12,484 nucleotides of DNA from an uncultured Deinococcales bacterium (GTDB taxonomy: Bacteria; Deinococcota; Deinococci; Deinococcales; JAAFIG01): the NCBI GenBank assembly GCA_964244895.1, contig CAXTKV010000142.1:1672-14155 (forward strand). The letters are read 5' to 3'. The first letter of the stretch is position 1. Every line of letters begins with the position of its first letter. The notes beneath the pieces are model-generated. The model was not told where the DNA came from. It was given only the letters and a program-made list of their open reading frames with translations, and ran no database searches. A program made the translations under genes and the position numbers. Positions 8,363 through 12,484 of the stretch are shown piece by piece.

Positions 8363-9279
8363 ATTGGGCGCAGACGCTCGGCGCGCTGAAGGACGGCACG
8401 GCTGCCAGGGCCGCAGCGCTCTGGGAGGCCGATCCGGGCTCGCTCGAGTTCGTGTCTAGAAGTGCGAACGCCGTCTACAGGTTCACGTCTCGAAGGCAAA
8501 CGAACTACTTGCGCCTCGTTCACCGCGACTTGCGGGACTCCGAATTCCTGGCGGCGGGCATTTCGTTCGCGCGGCATCTGGCGCGGAATGGCGCTCGGGT
8601 CAGCGTGCCGCTCGAATCGGTGCGCGGCAACCTGATCGAGAACATCGTGCAGGATGGTTCCGATTTCCTGGCTGCCGTCTGGGACGGTATCCCTGGCTCG
8701 GCCCTGAACGATCACGCCGGCCCCGCCGTACTCGGGGCGTGGGGCGAATCGCTGGCCGCGCTGCACGCCGCCAGCGCGTTCTACAGGCCAGAAACGGTGC
8801 AGACCTCCGATGGCGCGGTCGCGCCGGAATCGTTTTATCTCGAGCAATTCTGGAAGAACATCGCGGGCGTGGTCTCGAAAGACCCCGAATTGCGGCTGGC
8901 CCACGCGAGACTCGGCGCGTGGCTCGAGACGCTGCCCAAAGACGAAATGATCGTGACGCACAACGATTTCCGCCCCGGAAACTCGATCAGGGACGGGAAT
9001 CAGGTCTGGATCGTGGATTTCGACGAACCCGCCCTGGCCTGGCCCGAATACGACGTGGCCCGCGCCATGATGCGCGACGAGGACGCGCTCGTTCAGGATC
9101 GCCCCGGCCACCGCGAGACCTTCCTGGTGGGCTACCAACGCATCCGAGGGCTCGAGGTCTCGCGCATCGAGACGTTCGTCCAGGTTCGCGCGCTCCTGAT
9201 GTACGCGTGGTCGCTCGAGGACGAAAGCTGGGTCGGGCCGGAAAGCCTGCGCGACCTGGTCGTGCGCGGCATTCAGTAG
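8359..9279 (+). CDS. APH/choline kinase-like phosphotransferase (306 aa)
   Basis: SANAVYRF, YLRL, LAALH, Brenner motif HNDFRPGN, and VDFD. Confidence 0.88.
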   Translation: MNWAQTLGALKDGTAARAAALWEADPGSLEFVSRSANAVYRFTSRRQTNYLRLVHRDLRDSEFLAAGISFARHLARNGARVSVPLESVRGNLIENIVQDGSDFLAAVWDGIPGSALNDHAGPAVLGAWGESLAALHAASAFYRPETVQTSDGAVAPESFYLEQFWKNIAGVVSKDPELRLAHARLGAWLETLPKDEMIVTHNDFRPGNSIRDGNQVWIVDFDEPALAWPEYDVARAMMRDEDALVQDRPGHRETFLVGYQRIRGLEVSRIETFVQVRALLMYAWSLEDESWVGPESLRDLVVRGIQ

Positions 9280-9313
9280 GGGAGACGCCCCCTCGAGCCG
9301 GATGAATCCGCAA

Positions 9314-9360
9314 AACACCTTCCAGCGCGCGTTCTCGAGAAACGCGTCCTGGACGGTGTT
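9314..9360. repeat. Long-form hairpin between convergent genes (possible terminator)
   Basis: AACACCTTCCAG-cg-CGCGTT-ctcgaga-AACGCG-tc-CTGGACGGTGTT. Confidence 0.8.
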
Positions 9361-9366
9361 CCCTGT

Positions 9367-10566
9367 TCAGGAATTGCGGTGCTTGAAATCCTGGTAGGTG
9401 AACTCGCGCACCACGTCAAAAGAACCATCCTCGCGCAAGATGCCGATCGCGGGGTGCTTGACGCCGTTGAACATCGTGGTCTTCACGATCGTGTAGTGAA
9501 TCATGTCGTCGAACACGACTCGATCACCGATTTCCAACGGCGCTTCGAAGCTGTAATCGCCCATCACGTCGCCCGCCAGGCAGGTCGTGCCGCCCAATCG
9601 GTAGGTGTGCGGTTTCTCGCCGGGTTCGGCGGCGTTCAGGATTTCGGCGCGGTACGGCATCTCCAGCACGTCCGGCATGTGCGCGCTGACCGACACGTCC
9701 AGCACGGCGATGTCCATGCCGTTGTGGAGCGTGTCCACGACGGAACTGACGAGCCATCCGGTTTGCCAGCCGACGGCCTCGCCGGGTTCGAGGATGACTT
9801 CGACGCCCCATTTTTCCCGGAAGGCTTTCACGACCCGAATCAGCAACTCCACGTCATACGTGGCCTTGGTGATGTGGTGCCCGCCGCCGAAGTTGACCCA
9901 TTTGACGTTTGACAAGAACGCGCCGAAGTTGCGCTCGATGACTTCGATCGTGCGCAGCAGCGTGTCCGAACCCTTGCCGCACAAGCTGTGGAAGTGCAGC
10001 CCTTCCAGCCCGTCCAGTAGGCTGGGATCCTGCTCGAGCGCGCGATCAAATTCGTGCTTGGTTACGCCGAGCCGGGAAAAGGGCACGCACGGGTCGTAGA
10101 GGGGCGTCTCGACCTCGGAGAATTCCGGATTGATGCGGATGCCCGCAGAGATGGCTCGCGGCGCGTTTTTCACCCGATCGCGGTATCGCGCCCACTGGGA
10201 AAAACTGTTGAACGACAGGTGATCCGCGATCTCCAGAATTTGCGTCATGTCCTCCGGCGTGAAGGCGGGACTGTAGACGTGAACCTCGCCGCCGAATTCC
10301 TCGCGCCCGAGCTGCGCCTCGTACAATCCGCTGGCGGTCGTGCCGTGCAGGTATTCGCGGATGATGGGGAAGCTCGCCCACAGGGAATAACCCTTGAGGG
10401 CGCAGATGATTTTTGCGCCCGATTCGCGCTGCACAAGGTCCAGGATCTCCATATTTTTCCGCAAGCGCGACTCGTCCAGCACGTAGCATGGCGATGGGAA
10501 CGCGGTGAAATCGATCTGCTCTGATGCTCTGACGTTGGCGCTGGCTCTGGGTTGGGTCTGTGTCAT
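9367..10566 (-). CDS. nspC: Carboxynorspermidine/carboxyspermidine decarboxylase (399 aa)
   Basis: SPCYVLDE, ALKG (PLP lysine), YDPCVPFSRLG, GLHFH, NFGGGHHIT, HMPDVLEMPYR, CLAGD, HYTIVKTTMFNG. ATGA overlap with the upstream gene. Confidence 0.93.
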   Translation of the reverse strand: MTQTQPRASANVRASEQIDFTAFPSPCYVLDESRLRKNMEILDLVQRESGAKIICALKGYSLWASFPIIREYLHGTTASGLYEAQLGREEFGGEVHVYSPAFTPEDMTQILEIADHLSFNSFSQWARYRDRVKNAPRAISAGIRINPEFSEVETPLYDPCVPFSRLGVTKHEFDRALEQDPSLLDGLEGLHFHSLCGKGSDTLLRTIEVIERNFGAFLSNVKWVNFGGGHHITKATYDVELLIRVVKAFREKWGVEVILEPGEAVGWQTGWLVSSVVDTLHNGMDIAVLDVSVSAHMPDVLEMPYRAEILNAAEPGEKPHTYRLGGTTCLAGDVMGDYSFEAPLEIGDRVVFDDMIHYTIVKTTMFNGVKHPAIGILREDGSFDVVREFTYQDFKHRNS

Positions 10567-11432
10567 CGGGGAACCTCTTCGGGCGCGGATTCTGGGCTCG
10601 AGCGCTGCCGGAGGCGTTCGAGTCGGACGGGTTCGGATTCGCAAAACCACGGATCTTTTGAAAGGAATTCGTGCGCCCGCTCAAAGTGCGCTGCGGCCTG
10701 CGCGGGGTTCTCGAGCGCCAGCAGGTTCTCGGCGATCTCTTCGTGAACGTAAGCGTCCGTTTTATCGCGGGCGTCGAGTTGCTCGAGCAATTCGAGTTGA
10801 ACCTTCAGGGCTTCCCTGAACTGCCCGAGCGACCGCAGAACCCGAGCCGCGCTCCAGCGGGCGATGAAATGCCGATCGAAGTCATCCCGATGCAAGGCCA
10901 CGGTTTCGTCGAACACCTCGAGCGCTTCGGTGAATCGGCCCGCGTCGTGCAAAGACCAGCCGATGTTGTTCAACAGACTGGCTTTCCATTGCTGCGCGCG
11001 CGCATCCGGACTGGTTCGGGCCAGCTCGAGCGCCCGGTCATTCCACTCGAGCGACGCCTCGCCCGGCATCAGCGCGACCATGTGCGCGGCATCGATGGTG
11101 AGCGCGTCCTCGCCCAAGCTGGAACTCAGCTCGAAGGCCCGCACGAACAGGGGTTTCGCCCGTTCCAGGTCTCCCGAGGATCGAAACGCGCGACCCCGCT
11201 CGAGCCAGCAACGCACCTGAGCCCGAGAGCCCGGCTTGAGGAGTCGCTGGGCCTCGTCGAGCGCCGCGTGCGCCTCGTCGAAGCGCCGTTGAAGCCCCAA
11301 CGCCCGCCCGATCTGGGTTTGCAATTCGGCCAGGGCTGAAGGTTGATGCGCCAGAGCGGGTCGAAGTTCGAGAAAAGCCCGTTCGGTCGATTCGGGATCG
11401 TCGAAATTCCAGAGCGTATCGATATCGGTCAT
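10563..11432 (-). CDS. Tetratricopeptide repeat protein (289 aa)
   Basis: Repeated helical TPR-like units (GRALGLQRRFDEA, NNIGWSLHDAGRFTEAL); SD GGGGAG. Confidence 0.85.
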   Translation of the reverse strand: MTDIDTLWNFDDPESTERAFLELRPALAHQPSALAELQTQIGRALGLQRRFDEAHAALDEAQRLLKPGSRAQVRCWLERGRAFRSSGDLERAKPLFVRAFELSSSLGEDALTIDAAHMVALMPGEASLEWNDRALELARTSPDARAQQWKASLLNNIGWSLHDAGRFTEALEVFDETVALHRDDFDRHFIARWSAARVLRSLGQFREALKVQLELLEQLDARDKTDAYVHEEIAENLLALENPAQAAAHFERAHEFLSKDPWFCESEPVRLERLRQRSSPESAPEEVPR

Positions 11433-11448
11433 CGGTTTTCTCCCCCAC

Positions 11449-11496
11449 GAACACCGTCCTGCGCGCACCCTTTTGGTTTGCGCCCTGCACGGTGCC
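11449..11496. repeat. Degenerate long-form palindrome-family hairpin
   Basis: GAACACCGTCCTGCGCGCA...TGCGCCCTGCACGGTGC. Confidence 0.65.
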
Positions 11497-11498
11497 CT

Positions 11499-12134
11499 TC
11501 ACGGTTTGAGCGGTATCTTCTCGCTCGTGACCACCAGACCGCGTTCCGCCATGCGCCGGTCGTAACGCACGGTCGTGACCCTCGAAGTCTTCTGCGCCGT
11601 GTTGTCGCGCTTCGATTGCAGCGCCAGCACGCCGCCGCGCGTCTCGAGGATCAACCCCTGCGCCTCGATGCGCTTGCCGTCGAAGCGCGTCAGTTCCGTG
11701 TCGGTGGCGCAGTCCTCGACCATCGCGGATTTTCGCGCGATCAATTTCAGCGATGAATTGAACTTCAGCCAGATCACGTCCTCGCTCAAACCCGCGCCGC
11801 ACATGCCCTGAACGTTGCAACCCGTGTTGGTCGTGACCTGCATCAGCACGTACCCGAAGCCCGATTTGAACGTCTGATCCAGCACCCGCGCGCGCACGCT
11901 GCCGCCGAGTTTCTGTCCGGTTCCGCCATCGAAAAGCCTGCCGGAGCAGCCGCTGATGTTGGATTTCAGATCGTAAACCGTGCGCGCGCGGCCCTTCACG
12001 AAACGGAACTGCCCATCGTTCAACGAGGCGATCCGGATCGGGTCTTTCAGGCTTTGCACGGCGGGCTGGCTGGATTGCGCCAAGACCGCGCCGAGCATCA
12101 CCGCACCGAATATCAAACCGTTCAACACTCGCAT
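11499..12134 (-). CDS. Secreted hypothetical protein (211 aa)
   Basis: Signal peptide MRVLNGLIFGAVMLGAVLA; four cysteines; the ORF fills the intergenic gap. Confidence 0.75.
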   Translation of the reverse strand: MRVLNGLIFGAVMLGAVLAQSSQPAVQSLKDPIRIASLNDGQFRFVKGRARTVYDLKSNISGCSGRLFDGGTGQKLGGSVRARVLDQTFKSGFGYVLMQVTTNTGCNVQGMCGAGLSEDVIWLKFNSSLKLIARKSAMVEDCATDTELTRFDGKRIEAQGLILETRGGVLALQSKRDNTAQKTSRVTTVRYDRRMAERGLVVTSEKIPLKP

Positions 12135-12209
12135 CGCCGCTCCTTCTCGAGCCTTCGTTTTTTGCGCGTCCAGTCCTCGGGCGTTCTCGGCTTCGAGACG
12201 CGGTTTGGA

Positions 12210-12484
12210 TCAACCGAAACGAACCAGGTTGTTCTTGAAGCCCGCGACCTTCGGTGTTTTGCCGCTCGAATCGATGCTGAAGCCTTCTCGCTCGAGCAAG
12301 CCAGCGTGCCCGTCCAGTCCGCCCGGAAAGTGCGCGATCAACTCGCCGGATGCCTTGACTACCCGCCAGTACGCGACCCCCGAACTCGGGTCGTTGGCAA
12401 TGGCGCGCAGGGCCTGCTTGGTGTCGTAAGGGCAGGTGACTTGAACCTTAAACCGGGCGGCCAGTTCTTTTCGCAAGAGATCGG
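12210..12484 (-). CDS. MGMT/alkyltransferase-like DNA-binding family protein, 5'-truncated by the window edge
   Basis: The frame is open to the edge. AYWRVVKASG...FPGG...LLEREG resembles the P(C/W)HRVV..G...LL..EG pattern. Confidence 0.6.
   Translation of the reverse strand, partial: DLLRKELAARFKVQVTCPYDTKQALRAIANDPSSGVAYWRVVKASGELIAHFPGGLDGHAGLLEREGFSIDSSGKTPKVAGFKNNLVRFG

Noticed and set aside
8359..9279. Aminoglycoside resistance gene
   Set aside because: The motifs support only superfamily membership; the substrate cannot be inferred.

Overview
GC-rich bacterial chromosomal window, probably Deinococcota (inferred from the MiaB sequence style, leaderless-type promoters and very frequent CTCGAG). 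It contains an NAD-salvage operon (pncA-like then pncB, minus strand) behind a near-consensus sigma70 promoter, a secreted c-type heme plus copper-monooxygenase-like protein, a small membrane protein divergent from an FKBP PPIase, miaB, a membrane protein coupled to an APH-family kinase, and a minus-strand run of MGMT/ATL-like (partial), secreted protein, TPR protein and nspC. Notable non-coding signals: (1) a palindromic repeat family (AACACCGTCC...GGACGGTGTT) in most intergenic regions; (2) two near-identical hairpins of that family, each with a 10-nt variable spacer, bracketing a lower-GC two-gene DUF2335 cassette; (3) a possible four-way-junction RNA between pncA and pncB; (4) about 57 CTCGAG sites. 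All calls were made by eye; no searches were run.
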